This document shows, one piece after another, positions 37,188 through 46,686 of a DNA stretch of 64,000 nucleotides. Location of the stretch: NCBI GenBank assembly GCA_017938205.1, contig JAGBCA010000058.1:53564-117563 (forward strand), in the 5' to 3' direction. Numbering within the stretch: the first letter of the stretch is position 1; every line of letters begins with the position of its first letter. The DNA comes from Clostridia bacterium (GTDB lineage: Bacteria; Bacillota; Clostridia; Oscillospirales; CAG-272). The position numbers were made by a program, and so were the translations under genes. The notes beneath the pieces were generated by a model that made no database searches, was not told the origin of the DNA, and saw only the letters and a list, made by a program, of their open reading frames with translations.

Positions 37188-37625
37188 TCAAAGAAACGAA
37201 TCGGCATAAGCGGTTGCCAAGCGGTCACACCGCTCGTTGTATGCATGGCCGTCATGCCCCTTGACCCAAAAGAAATGCACGGTGTGCTTTTCGCAGAGCG
37301 CGATCAGCCGCTCCCAAAGATCGGGGTTTTTCACCTCGTCCCGCTTGCCGCGGCGGAAATTCTCTCTCTGCCACCCCTTCACCCAACCGAGCAAAAAGGC
37401 ATCCACGAGATATTTGGAATCCGAATACAGATCCACCTCGCAACTCTCCTTCAAGGCCGAAAGCCCCTCAATGGCCGCCAAAAGCTCCATGCGATTGTTC
37501 GTTGTCATCGGGTCGCCGCCGGAGAGCTCACGCTCGTATTTTCCGTAAACCAAAACGGCGCCCCAGCCGCCGCGGCCGGGATTGCCGCGGCAGGCCCCGT
37601 CTGTATAAAGCTGTACTTTTTTCAA
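37188..37625 (-). CDS. rnhA: ribonuclease HI
   Basis: 145 aa with a TTG start. [21 protein letters not shown] and [14 protein letters not shown] motifs. Confidence 0.9.
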   Translation of the reverse strand: MKKVQLYTDGACRGNPGRGGWGAVLVYGKYERELSGGDPMTTNNRMELLAAIEGLSALKESCEVDLYSDSKYLVDAFLLGWVKGWQRENFRRGKRDEVKNPDLWERLIALCEKHTVHFFWVKGHDGHAYNERCDRLATAYADSFL

Positions 37626-37679
37626 AATGCTGTCTTCCTTTTTTTAAAGGGTGATAGAAGTGCGCACGCGCCTCCTATG

Positions 37680-37717
37680 TGAAGAGAAAAGGACTACCCT
37701 GTGAGAGAAGTCCTTTT
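37680..37717 (-). terminator. rho-independent terminator after the 617-aa lipoprotein gene
   Basis: aaaaggact (37687-37695) pairs with agtcctttt (37709-37717). A T-rich tail follows on the minus strand. Confidence 0.6.
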
Positions 37718-37761
37718 CTGATACTCGTATTGTTCTGCGCAGAGTGCGCAGGGTGCAGAGA

Positions 37762-39615
37762 TCAATCTGCGTATTTAACGGTGATATTGGTGTACTTCAC
37801 GTGACCGTCAACCTCTTCGGTTGCAAGGAAATAATCCATGATACGGTCGAAGGTGAGGGAGCAACGGATCGCGGTCTCACCGTAGTAATCAAGAACGTCG
37901 TTCACCGTGGGATTGTAGTTACCCTGGAGATAGAAGGTGTAGTAAAGCGAGGGATAGATCTCGTCGATATAGATCGAGATGTCTGCCTTGGTAACCTTCT
38001 TCACCTGATCCTCATACTGCTGAGCAACGGCGTATACGCGGATGATCTCAACGACCTCTGCCTTTGCCTCTGCCTCAACGGAAGCATCCACGTCCTCGTC
38101 CTTATAAGCAACGGCGGCAAGATACTCGCTGAAGGTCTTGTAGGTCTCGGCGTATGCCACATTGGTGGTGGAATCCTGACCGGTGTAGTAATCGTTCTTA
38201 TGAACTGCGAGAATACGTTCCCTTGCCTCCTTTACGGCACGCTTGGGAAGATTTGCCTCATCAACCTTCACGTTCTTCTCAACCCACTCCCAGATTGCCT
38301 TACCAAGCTGGGTTCTTACGGTTGCATCGTGCGAGGTCTCAAGCGTTTCGTATACGGACGCCTTGTATTCGTCCACGATCAGCTTCTTAACGTCTGCCTC
38401 GGTGCCGGTAGCGTAAAGCTTACCGGGAAGAGCCTTAACGGCATCCTCGAGCTTTGTCTTAGCCTGGTCTCTGGTGTTCTTCTGTTCCTCGGTTGCGGAG
38501 GAGCCTGCGCTCGTTACCTTGGAGTTTGCCTGATCGTACTTGCTCTTGAGATCAACCACGTCCTTAATGAGCTCCTCCATCTTCTCGTTCTCCGTGAAAA
38601 TATCCAGAGAGGAGGTGGAAATGCTCTCGCCGAAGATGGTCTTAATAACCGAATCGGCGTTAAATTCCTCAACCTCGTATGCGTATGCGGGATAAACGTA
38701 ATAGGTAACAACGGTATCCTTCGTGAATTTAACCTCGCCTGCGGTGTCTGCAACGCTGGCAATGGTCTTATCGGCCGTCAGGGTATCCTTCACCTCAACG
38801 CACTTGCCGCTCTTGATTCTAAAATGAACGGTCATGCTGGCAACGGAGCACTCACCCTTTACGGCATCGGTGAACTTCAAAGGATTCTCGGTGGTTCCCT
38901 CAATCTTACCGATGCTCTTGCCTGCAAGAAGCTGCTCGATCTTCGTTGCCACTGCGCCCTCTGCGGGTGCCTCGGCTACCGTGATCAGCATATAATCGGT
39001 GCTTGCAGACTTGTTGGTGCCGTCCTCGCTATAGGTATACTTATAGGAAACGAACACCTGATCGCCTGCGGCAAGCGTGCCGGTGGACTCGGAATCGTAC
39101 GCATAGTCGGTTGCCTTCAAGCCCTTGATGGCGTCAAAGATCTTCTGCGTCAGCTCGCTGTCCAGCGCAAGCTTCCCGTCCTCGCTCGCCTTACCGTTCG
39201 TATAGGTGGGGTTGGAGAGGAAATTCGTAAGCTTCGTATCGTCCATATTCTTCGTATCGAAGAGGTAGGTCACGCCATCCTTCTCGGCGGCGCAATAGAA
39301 CGCATAGTAGATCTTCTGGCGAAGACCGTATACGGCATCGCCCTTCAGCTTTGCGGCGGTGGTGGTATCGATCTTACCTGCCAGGGTGCTATCGATCTTC
39401 TCAAGCACCTGATCGTCTCTCACGGTGCTGTCTTTCAGGTAGGGACCGAAATCGTCGCCCTCTACTGTGATGCTCTTCAAGAGAGCCGTAAGGCCCGCAT
39501 AATCCGCCTTTGCATACTTGGACATATCCTTGTTGTCATAGCGGTAGGCACAGCCCGTCAGCACCGTTACGAGCGTAACGAGCACGAGCGCCAGAGCAAG
39601 AATTTTCTTTTTCAT
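37762..39615 (-). CDS. lipoprotein, degenerate trigger-factor-like paralogue
   Basis: 617 aa. Signal peptide with lipobox LTGC. The C-terminal region is alignable by eye with the 562-aa TF-like protein. The IPGFE motif is missing. Confidence 0.6.
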   Translation of the reverse strand: MKKKILALALVLVTLVTVLTGCAYRYDNKDMSKYAKADYAGLTALLKSITVEGDDFGPYLKDSTVRDDQVLEKIDSTLAGKIDTTTAAKLKGDAVYGLRQKIYYAFYCAAEKDGVTYLFDTKNMDDTKLTNFLSNPTYTNGKASEDGKLALDSELTQKIFDAIKGLKATDYAYDSESTGTLAAGDQVFVSYKYTYSEDGTNKSASTDYMLITVAEAPAEGAVATKIEQLLAGKSIGKIEGTTENPLKFTDAVKGECSVASMTVHFRIKSGKCVEVKDTLTADKTIASVADTAGEVKFTKDTVVTYYVYPAYAYEVEEFNADSVIKTIFGESISTSSLDIFTENEKMEELIKDVVDLKSKYDQANSKVTSAGSSATEEQKNTRDQAKTKLEDAVKALPGKLYATGTEADVKKLIVDEYKASVYETLETSHDATVRTQLGKAIWEWVEKNVKVDEANLPKRAVKEARERILAVHKNDYYTGQDSTTNVAYAETYKTFSEYLAAVAYKDEDVDASVEAEAKAEVVEIIRVYAVAQQYEDQVKKVTKADISIYIDEIYPSLYYTFYLQGNYNPTVNDVLDYYGETAIRCSLTFDRIMDYFLATEEVDGHVKYTNITVKYAD

Positions 39616-39685
39616 CTGTCAAAATCCTCTTTGTTTTAGTATAAACTGCGAGAGCCGTGCGGCTCTTCCTTCGCGTATCGTGAAT

Positions 39686-39694
39686 ATTATAGCA
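39686..39694 (-). promoter_or_regulatory. extended -10 element upstream of the lipoprotein gene
   Basis: TGCTATAAT on the minus strand, about 70 nt upstream of ATG 39615. Confidence 0.45.
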
Positions 39695-39754
39695 CAATCC
39701 GCTTAAAAAAGCAACTGCTTTTGCTTACTTTTTTTAAATTAAATATTATTTATT

Positions 39755-42715
39755 TCAGTTTCCGTTCGCGGGATCGAAAAACGCCTCGTCTCCCGTTACC
39801 TTACGGGCATTCAGGATCGCATCAAAGGCACCCATGATCTTCTTGAAGGTTGGGGTGGCGATCGCAAAATCCGATACGGCCTCGCTTGCGTTGCCAAGAC
39901 CGTCCACGGTTTGGATCTTAACGAGCACGCGGCGGTCAGACGCACGGTAAAACTCATAGGTCGCGCTTGCAACGTGCGCATCGTACTCGCTCTCGTTCAT
40001 CACGAAGCGGATGCGCGCCAGCATGGGCGCGTTTGCCAGAATATCGGCCTGCTCCTCTGCCGTAAAGGTTTCGAGATACAGGGTGGAGGATACGATAAGC
40101 ATCGCCTGCTTGAAGAAATGCGTGCCTGCGTATTCATTATCCACAACGCTGACGTTACCGCGCAAAAGATCCTCGGGACCGCAGTGGTTATAGAAGGAGA
40201 CCAAGCTCTGCAGAAGCTCGCCGTCCGGCACTCTGCCGTTCTCTATCATGAACTGAACGAGGCGGTTCTCGTATGCATCCGCACCCGGACGAACGATCAT
40301 GCGGATCAGCTTCTCGTATTTGCCGGTCAGGTCGTTGAGCACCTCCTCGGGATCCAGGATAAAGTCAAATCTACCCTGCATTTTTTCAAAGTTGAACTCA
40401 ACCTGAACCTCGGAAAGCTCCTCGATGTCCGTAATAAAGAGCTGATTTCTTGCCCAGAAATCCACGAAGCCGAATTCCACGAAATCAAGCTTTTCATCCT
40501 CCACGCGAACGATCACGTCGTAAAGATCGGAGGCAATATAACGAACGTAGCGTCCGTCCTCCAGCCGCTTATCGCTGATATACACGGTGAAGCCCAGAGA
40601 AGTCTGCCAGTTGAATTCGGTCGGCGCATTCTCATCCTCGGACGTCTCACCGCTGCTACTACGGACACGGGGAAGCTCGTAATAGATCGTATGGGCGTAA
40701 AGGCCGTACCGGCGCATATTTTCGGGCGTAAGACCGATGGCGACCGTTTCATCCCCCGCATATCCGTTGGATGCCGTGCTGCTGGTGCCCGCGCCGCCAA
40801 GGTGCAGAAGCACGTTTTCACAAGCGGGATTGTTCAGTCCGTATCCGCCGTGCTTGCCCTCGGTGAGATTGACGTAAATGCTCTCGCCGTAGAAGGGATC
40901 GCGCTCGGCATACTTCTGGAATGCAAAATGCACGATCTCCTCACGCACGATCATATAGGGGATCGCGGTGATCGTATAGGAGATATAGTCCTGCATGATG
41001 TCGAGATAATCCACGTACGAGCCGATCTTCTGATTGTAGCCGTTTCCGACCTTGCCGAGAGCGAGGAAGAGCGCCTTGTTTGCCTCATCCATATTCGCGA
41101 TCTTATCCGCCGCGCTCAGATAGGTCTCTTGCTTCACGCCGTTGATCTCAAGATAGTAACGGTAGGAAACAACGGAGTCCTCCGTGATGGTGGTCATGCT
41201 TCTTCCGTCCGCATCGTAGATCGCAATGATATCCGCAACGTAGACGTCGATCTTTTTCTTATGAATGTCCGAGATCGTTGCAATATCGTGGGTTATATTC
41301 AAAGAAATGTTTACATTTTCGTTAATCGTTGCCGCGCGGAGCGTGCTTTCATACGCCGCAATACGATCGTCCGTAAGAGAGAGAGCCGCATGAAGAGAGC
41401 TTGTATTTACTGCTTTTTCCGAGCCGTCAATATAGAGATCGTACTCCACGATCAGCGCCGTTGCATCCGCAGGCACGGAGCCCGAGCGCTCCTCCCCGTC
41501 TGCCGTCAGAGCCGCGGTGATCTTCTTGATCTTATACGTGTAAGTCATCGAGGTCTTGCCCTCGGGGAAGGAGAGAGAAAGCCCCTCGTTCAGCAACGTG
41601 ACGTACAAATGATCGGTAAGCGAAGGCATCTGCTCCTCACCCGCACCGTCTACAACGATGCCGGTCAGCTTCTGCTTAAGCAGCAGGCGAACCAAGCGCT
41701 CGTACGCCGCCTTTTTCGAAAGCTCGCCGAGATGGAAGGAGGTGCTCTCCGTGCTTTCGAGCAGGCCGCCCGTGATGTGATCCTTGGGCAGGGAGATCTC
41801 CGCCTTAACGATAACCTCTGCATCCGCATCGATGGCCGTATCCTTCTCGGATACAAGCTCGTTGCGCCACTGGTGATAATCCTTGATCATATAAGGCTCA
41901 TACACGCCATCCATCTCAAGACCCGCAGAGATCACGGCAGGATTGATATAGTATGTGTACGGCTGCGTTGCATAGCCGATGTTGCTGTTGTTGGTGGCAT
42001 AGATATAATTCTGCGCCTCGGGATGATTGGGATCGTCGATCATCACGTAATATCCGTTTTCGGAGGGATTTCTGCCGCCGACACGGATCGCGCGATAATC
42101 CACTTCCTCGCCCGTGGTGCTATCGTTTTTTCCGTAATTTACGATCACACTAAGATCCTTGTTATCGTCAGGATCATCGTAGTCGCCGTAATCCATGAAG
42201 CCGAATTCCTCAAGATATGCGCGCACCTCGTTTTCCGAGAGCCCCTTCAGGCTGATACGCTCGGTGAAGTACATCGTTGTGATGGCGGAGCGCAGATAGA
42301 AGAAGCGCGCCACCTGCCCCTGGCCGAAGGAATCCATGGCATAGAGCGAGGAATAGGTGAAGGAGGGATCTGCCGAAACGATGTCCGGCATATAGAAGAG
42401 AGGCTCCTCGCTGCCCTTGGGCAGATACCAGATCGAGAAGGTGCCGTCCTCGGTTTTTACAAGACCAAAGGTCTCGTTCTCGCTCCCCTTGGGGTTGTTT
42501 ACCGTGATATACTGCACGGCCTTGGTGTCAACGTCGGGGAATACGCGCTGACTCGTGCCCTCCCAGGCAAGCTGATCGTAGGTCGGTGCTTCGGGCGTTT
42601 CCGTGCCCTCCGGCAAAAGAGATACGAGAATGAAATATCCCGCGATCAGCACCGCCATCACGGCGGTGAGAATGATAAGGAGCTTTGCTTTGCTTTTCTT
42701 TTTAACGTGAATCAT
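39755..42715 (-). CDS. large DUF4340-like membrane-anchored protein
   Basis: 986 aa with one N-terminal TM helix. Last gene of the ABC-2/GldG-type operon, the position usually held by DUF4340 proteins. Confidence 0.6.
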   Translation of the reverse strand: MIHVKKKSKAKLLIILTAVMAVLIAGYFILVSLLPEGTETPEAPTYDQLAWEGTSQRVFPDVDTKAVQYITVNNPKGSENETFGLVKTEDGTFSIWYLPKGSEEPLFYMPDIVSADPSFTYSSLYAMDSFGQGQVARFFYLRSAITTMYFTERISLKGLSENEVRAYLEEFGFMDYGDYDDPDDNKDLSVIVNYGKNDSTTGEEVDYRAIRVGGRNPSENGYYVMIDDPNHPEAQNYIYATNNSNIGYATQPYTYYINPAVISAGLEMDGVYEPYMIKDYHQWRNELVSEKDTAIDADAEVIVKAEISLPKDHITGGLLESTESTSFHLGELSKKAAYERLVRLLLKQKLTGIVVDGAGEEQMPSLTDHLYVTLLNEGLSLSFPEGKTSMTYTYKIKKITAALTADGEERSGSVPADATALIVEYDLYIDGSEKAVNTSSLHAALSLTDDRIAAYESTLRAATINENVNISLNITHDIATISDIHKKKIDVYVADIIAIYDADGRSMTTITEDSVVSYRYYLEINGVKQETYLSAADKIANMDEANKALFLALGKVGNGYNQKIGSYVDYLDIMQDYISYTITAIPYMIVREEIVHFAFQKYAERDPFYGESIYVNLTEGKHGGYGLNNPACENVLLHLGGAGTSSTASNGYAGDETVAIGLTPENMRRYGLYAHTIYYELPRVRSSSGETSEDENAPTEFNWQTSLGFTVYISDKRLEDGRYVRYIASDLYDVIVRVEDEKLDFVEFGFVDFWARNQLFITDIEELSEVQVEFNFEKMQGRFDFILDPEEVLNDLTGKYEKLIRMIVRPGADAYENRLVQFMIENGRVPDGELLQSLVSFYNHCGPEDLLRGNVSVVDNEYAGTHFFKQAMLIVSSTLYLETFTAEEQADILANAPMLARIRFVMNESEYDAHVASATYEFYRASDRRVLVKIQTVDGLGNASEAVSDFAIATPTFKKIMGAFDAILNARKVTGDEAFFDPANGN

Positions 42716-42730
42716 CGTCGGCTCCTTTCT

Positions 42731-44404
42731 TTAGCGGAATCTGCGGCGCAGATGGATCACAAGTCCCGTGATGGCTACGCCGAGGGGGATCAGGACAGCA
42801 ATAAGAATGATCGCGGTCTGCGCACCTGCAGTCAGCGGCTGATTGGTTTTGATCACGCTTCCGTCGTTTGCATAGATCTCGGTCGTAGCCGTAGCGACCG
42901 CCGCGCTGTGAAGGCGCTTACCGCCGTAGGAGGCGGAGTTCAGAGACGAGCCGCCAAGATCAATCGAGGCGTATACGTCCTCGCGGGAGATATTCTCCAC
43001 CAGCGCACTCGTGATATCGTAGTTTGCAAAGGATGCGTTTCCGAGCGTTTGCTCCGAGAAGAAGCTTGCGCTGTTCACGCAGAAGACATAGGAATAGCTA
43101 TGCGCAAGCGTGGTGCTGTCCACACCGTAGCGAAGCGCTACGCCGCAAATATCGCGCACCGCAGCCTCGGATGCCGCATTTCCCTCTCCGTCCAAAAGCT
43201 TTCCCTTATCGGTGGTGGAGAAGAAGGTGGAGTAATAGCGGGAGAACTTGATGCTGCCCGCCTCGGGCGCACCGGTTCCGAGATCGTATGCGCTGCGGAT
43301 CTCGCCCGCATCGCTGATCACCATACGCGGTGAGGAGGCAAGGGACGCGTACGCACCGTAGATCGCGTATGCGTAGGTATTCTCCTCCGTGATATACTGA
43401 CCGATAAGATCGGTTTTTTTGTTCGGATCGACGGCGCTTGAAAGATGCGCATCCTCGTCCGCAAGAACCTTATCTCCAAGCTCAAAGCCCCACTCATAAA
43501 GGAAATCCTCAAGGTTTTTAAGCTTGTTTTCGGCAACCAGACGGTAATCCGTTGCCACCATCAGAGAGCCCTGATCTCTCGTGAGATAGCGGTCTAACTT
43601 TTCGGTCTCGCTTTGGTAGGTATACGAGCCTGCCTGCGAGGGATCGTATGCATAATCCGCTCTCGGGTTATTGATCACGAGCAGAGCGCAATCCTCCGGC
43701 ACATCCTCCACGGCGGAGAGGTCCAGCGTTTTCACAACGAGACCGCGCTCCGTGAGAAGCCGATAGAGCGACTCTGTATCGGCATTGCCGGGGTGATCCT
43801 TATTTTCCGTATCGAAATAAAGCTCACCGTGATTGGTAATAAAGTACGCCACGGGGTGATTCTTCGAGGTGAGCGAATGGAAGAGCGTTGCCATCTTATA
43901 TTCTCCGTTGTAGGAGAAAAGATTTTCCTCGCCGTCCGTGGTCCAGAAGGCATCCACCGATGCAATGCGGAAGGAATTGCCGTACGAGATAATGATGTCG
44001 GTGGCGTAGATCTCGGAGAGGGAGGTCGTTTTATACGCATTCACCGCCGTGGGGTTGGTTTTCAGATTGACGCACTTGACGGCAAGGTTGGGATAGAGCT
44101 TCTGCAGAGCGAGGCACATAAAGTACACCGTTCTTGCCTTGGCATTCGCGCGAAGCTGATCCGGCTCGGCGCAGAAGGTCACCGTGATCTCTTTCTCCAG
44201 ATCATCGATATACTCGCACTCCTCCACCATCTTGTCCGTCAGGGTATATAAGCCCTCGCTGGTAAGATCGATATACAGCTGCTTTCTTTCCGAAAAGCCC
44301 GTGAACCAGACCTGGAACAAAAGCAACGCCGCGAGAGCAATGGGGATAAGCAGAGAAAGCAAGCGTCGCTTGCCGAGCTTACCCGCAAACAATTCTTTTT
44401 TCAT
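42731..44404 (-). CDS. GldG-like ABC transporter auxiliary protein (paralogue 2)
   Basis: 557 aa with N- and C-terminal TM anchors. ABC_transp_aux-like pattern (YIDLTSEGLYTLTD). Confidence 0.7.
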   Translation of the reverse strand: MKKELFAGKLGKRRLLSLLIPIALAALLLFQVWFTGFSERKQLYIDLTSEGLYTLTDKMVEECEYIDDLEKEITVTFCAEPDQLRANAKARTVYFMCLALQKLYPNLAVKCVNLKTNPTAVNAYKTTSLSEIYATDIIISYGNSFRIASVDAFWTTDGEENLFSYNGEYKMATLFHSLTSKNHPVAYFITNHGELYFDTENKDHPGNADTESLYRLLTERGLVVKTLDLSAVEDVPEDCALLVINNPRADYAYDPSQAGSYTYQSETEKLDRYLTRDQGSLMVATDYRLVAENKLKNLEDFLYEWGFELGDKVLADEDAHLSSAVDPNKKTDLIGQYITEENTYAYAIYGAYASLASSPRMVISDAGEIRSAYDLGTGAPEAGSIKFSRYYSTFFSTTDKGKLLDGEGNAASEAAVRDICGVALRYGVDSTTLAHSYSYVFCVNSASFFSEQTLGNASFANYDITSALVENISREDVYASIDLGGSSLNSASYGGKRLHSAAVATATTEIYANDGSVIKTNQPLTAGAQTAIILIAVLIPLGVAITGLVIHLRRRFR

Positions 44405-44422
44405 CTTGGGAAGAATCCTTTC

Positions 44423-45940
44423 TTAGCGATTCCTGCGGCGGCGAAGGAATACGAAGCCGCAGACTGCGAGGGCCGTGGGGATCAGGAAGATAACGGCCGT
44501 ATAAATGTGTGCCGCACGCGCAGTGAGGTTTTCCAGCATATCCGTCATAAGATTGACCATATGGCAGCCGTACGGAAGATTTTCACCCTCGTACAGAGCC
44601 TCGATCAAGCCGTACATAAACGCGCGGTTGGAATAGGTGTTGGAGGTCATGACGTCCGTTGCGGTCAGATATACGCTCGGAATGAGCACGATATCGCCGC
44701 CGCCCTGCACCTCGCTCATCGCGGCAAGAACGTAATCACCTTCACGGTCCACGGTTTTGCCGTCCGCAAGAAGCGTGGAGGAAGATGAGGAAAGAAGCAG
44801 AGGCTTTGCTCTGCCCGAAAGCTTCAGCGCAGCCGTATCCGTCAGCGCTACGCCGCCGTGATCGGGAAGGCGCGTCTTAAGAACGTCCGCCACCGCACTG
44901 TCGGCATATTTCGCAACGAGCGTATATGCATCCGTGGGAATAGAGGCGGCACCGTCCTTTACAATGGCGGTAACGCCCTCGTCGCGGATCACGGAAAGTC
45001 CGTGTGATGCAAAAAATTCGTCAAGATTTTTCAGAGGATTTTTCAGATAGGAATGCGTAGTGGCGAGAATATGGCCGCCGTCCTCCACGTAGGCGGAAAG
45101 GCGCTCGATCTCGGTGATAACGTCGCTTCCCGGTGCCGCCTTCTCAAAATCCGTTTGCGGTGAAGAAATGATAAGAAGCGCACAGTCCTCGGGAACGTCG
45201 CGATCCTTGAGATTCAGAAGCTGAATATCATACCCCGCACAAACGAGAAGCGGGATCATCGAGCTATCCGGCGTTTCGCCGTGATACTGCGTAAAGTACG
45301 CCATCTTCCTCGTTTGATCTGCATCGGCAACGAGAATGCTCATAGCGGTGAGCATCTCCTCGCCGCAGTACGCAAGGGCACTGCCGGTGGCAGCATCCAG
45401 CGCAAAGAAGGAGGCAAAGCCACTGCTCGTGTTATCGGTCAGAACGCGGTAATTCATCTTTCCCGCGATCGTTTTATAGGAGAATACCACCGAGCTGTCC
45501 CTCAAAACCTCGCCCTCGGCGAGCGTCTTTTTGTATTCCTCGATCTGCGCGGAGCGATTCTGCCCCTTGGAATCCCTTTTCGTGAGGATATTCATATATT
45601 CGATGGAGATCACTTCCGGATATTTTTCGGCGATCTGCTTGGCGGTATGGAGCACGAAGGCACCCGTATCGTGCACCTCAAGCTCCTCCTCTGCCATGCA
45701 GAAAAGAATTTCCACCTTGCGCTCTTCCCTTTTCATTTTTTCATACAGAGGCGTCACGGCATCCGAAAGCTCCATATCACTCATATCCGTCGAGTAGAAA
45801 TAGAGACCGAAATGGGCCGTCAGGGCATACGCAATGCCGTTGAAGGCAATGAGTATGGCAAGAAGCACCACCGTCATTACCGAGGAAAAGCGCCCGTCGG
45901 CAACGAAGACGTCCTTCGCCTTTTTCAAAAATTTATTCAT
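44423..45940 (-). CDS. GldG-like ABC transporter auxiliary protein (paralogue 1)
   Basis: 505 aa with N- and C-terminal TM anchors. Same architecture as its neighbour. Confidence 0.65.
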   Translation of the reverse strand: MNKFLKKAKDVFVADGRFSSVMTVVLLAILIAFNGIAYALTAHFGLYFYSTDMSDMELSDAVTPLYEKMKREERKVEILFCMAEEELEVHDTGAFVLHTAKQIAEKYPEVISIEYMNILTKRDSKGQNRSAQIEEYKKTLAEGEVLRDSSVVFSYKTIAGKMNYRVLTDNTSSGFASFFALDAATGSALAYCGEEMLTAMSILVADADQTRKMAYFTQYHGETPDSSMIPLLVCAGYDIQLLNLKDRDVPEDCALLIISSPQTDFEKAAPGSDVITEIERLSAYVEDGGHILATTHSYLKNPLKNLDEFFASHGLSVIRDEGVTAIVKDGAASIPTDAYTLVAKYADSAVADVLKTRLPDHGGVALTDTAALKLSGRAKPLLLSSSSSTLLADGKTVDREGDYVLAAMSEVQGGGDIVLIPSVYLTATDVMTSNTYSNRAFMYGLIEALYEGENLPYGCHMVNLMTDMLENLTARAAHIYTAVIFLIPTALAVCGFVFLRRRRNR

Positions 45941-45958
45941 GCGTACGTGCCTCGCTTT

Positions 45959-46669
45959 TTAACCGTGATAGCGGCGGCGCTCATACACGCGCACCGTGAA
46001 ATAAAGGAAGGCCGCACATACCGACAGATAATAAAGCAAAGAGGCAAAATCAAAATATCCGTTGGTATAGCTCTGGAAACGGGAAAAGATCGAAATACAG
46101 TCAAAAATATAACGCAGCCAATAGCCCGAGGGAAGCAGCGAATTTACAAGACCGATGCAAAGGAACACAAGAATGATCGCGATCGTGCCTATAGCGGCGG
46201 CCAGCTGATTCTCCGTCAGCGACGAAACGAAAAGACCGATCGAAATAAACACCATGCCGACGAGAAGCACCGCCAGCAGGTTTCCAAGCAGGATCGCCAG
46301 CTTAACGAAGGCGTACGGCGTTAAGAAAATGAAATACAAGGAATTGACGAGGATCGCGCCGCTAAACACCGTCATCACCGCAAAGAACTTGCCGAGCACC
46401 ATGCTCCAAAGCGGAACGGGCGCGGTGAGAAGCAAGGCCTCCGTGCGGATCTTTCTCTCCTCCGAAAAGGACTTCATCGTCAGGATCGGAAGGATCAGCC
46501 CCGAAAAGATCATCATGTAAAGATAAAAGCTCGTCACGTCTGCGGACATAGCGTACAGCGTGGTGAAGCAGAAAACAGCGCCGCCAACGGCGAGATACAG
46601 AACCAGAAATACGTAACCGATCACGCTCGTGAAGAAAGAGCGCATTTCTCTTTTATAAATTGCAAGCAT
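45959..46669 (-). CDS. ABC-2 type transporter permease (GldF-like)
   Basis: 236 aa with 6 TM helices. MLAIYKREMRSFFTS start is typical of the ABC-2 family. Confidence 0.8.
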   Translation of the reverse strand: MLAIYKREMRSFFTSVIGYVFLVLYLAVGGAVFCFTTLYAMSADVTSFYLYMMIFSGLILPILTMKSFSEERKIRTEALLLTAPVPLWSMVLGKFFAVMTVFSGAILVNSLYFIFLTPYAFVKLAILLGNLLAVLLVGMVFISIGLFVSSLTENQLAAAIGTIAIILVFLCIGLVNSLLPSGYWLRYIFDCISIFSRFQSYTNGYFDFASLLYYLSVCAAFLYFTVRVYERRRYHG

Positions 46670-46686
46670 TTTATTTCTCCTCCCGA

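Noticed and set aside
39911-43333. 1140-aa plus-strand ORF spanning the antisense of the DUF4340-like gene and part of the GldG-like gene.
   Set aside because: It crosses the intergenic gap of two well-formed minus-strand genes that have TM anchors and family-like patterns. Its product is low-complexity and its start has no RBS. It is a codon-bias artefact.
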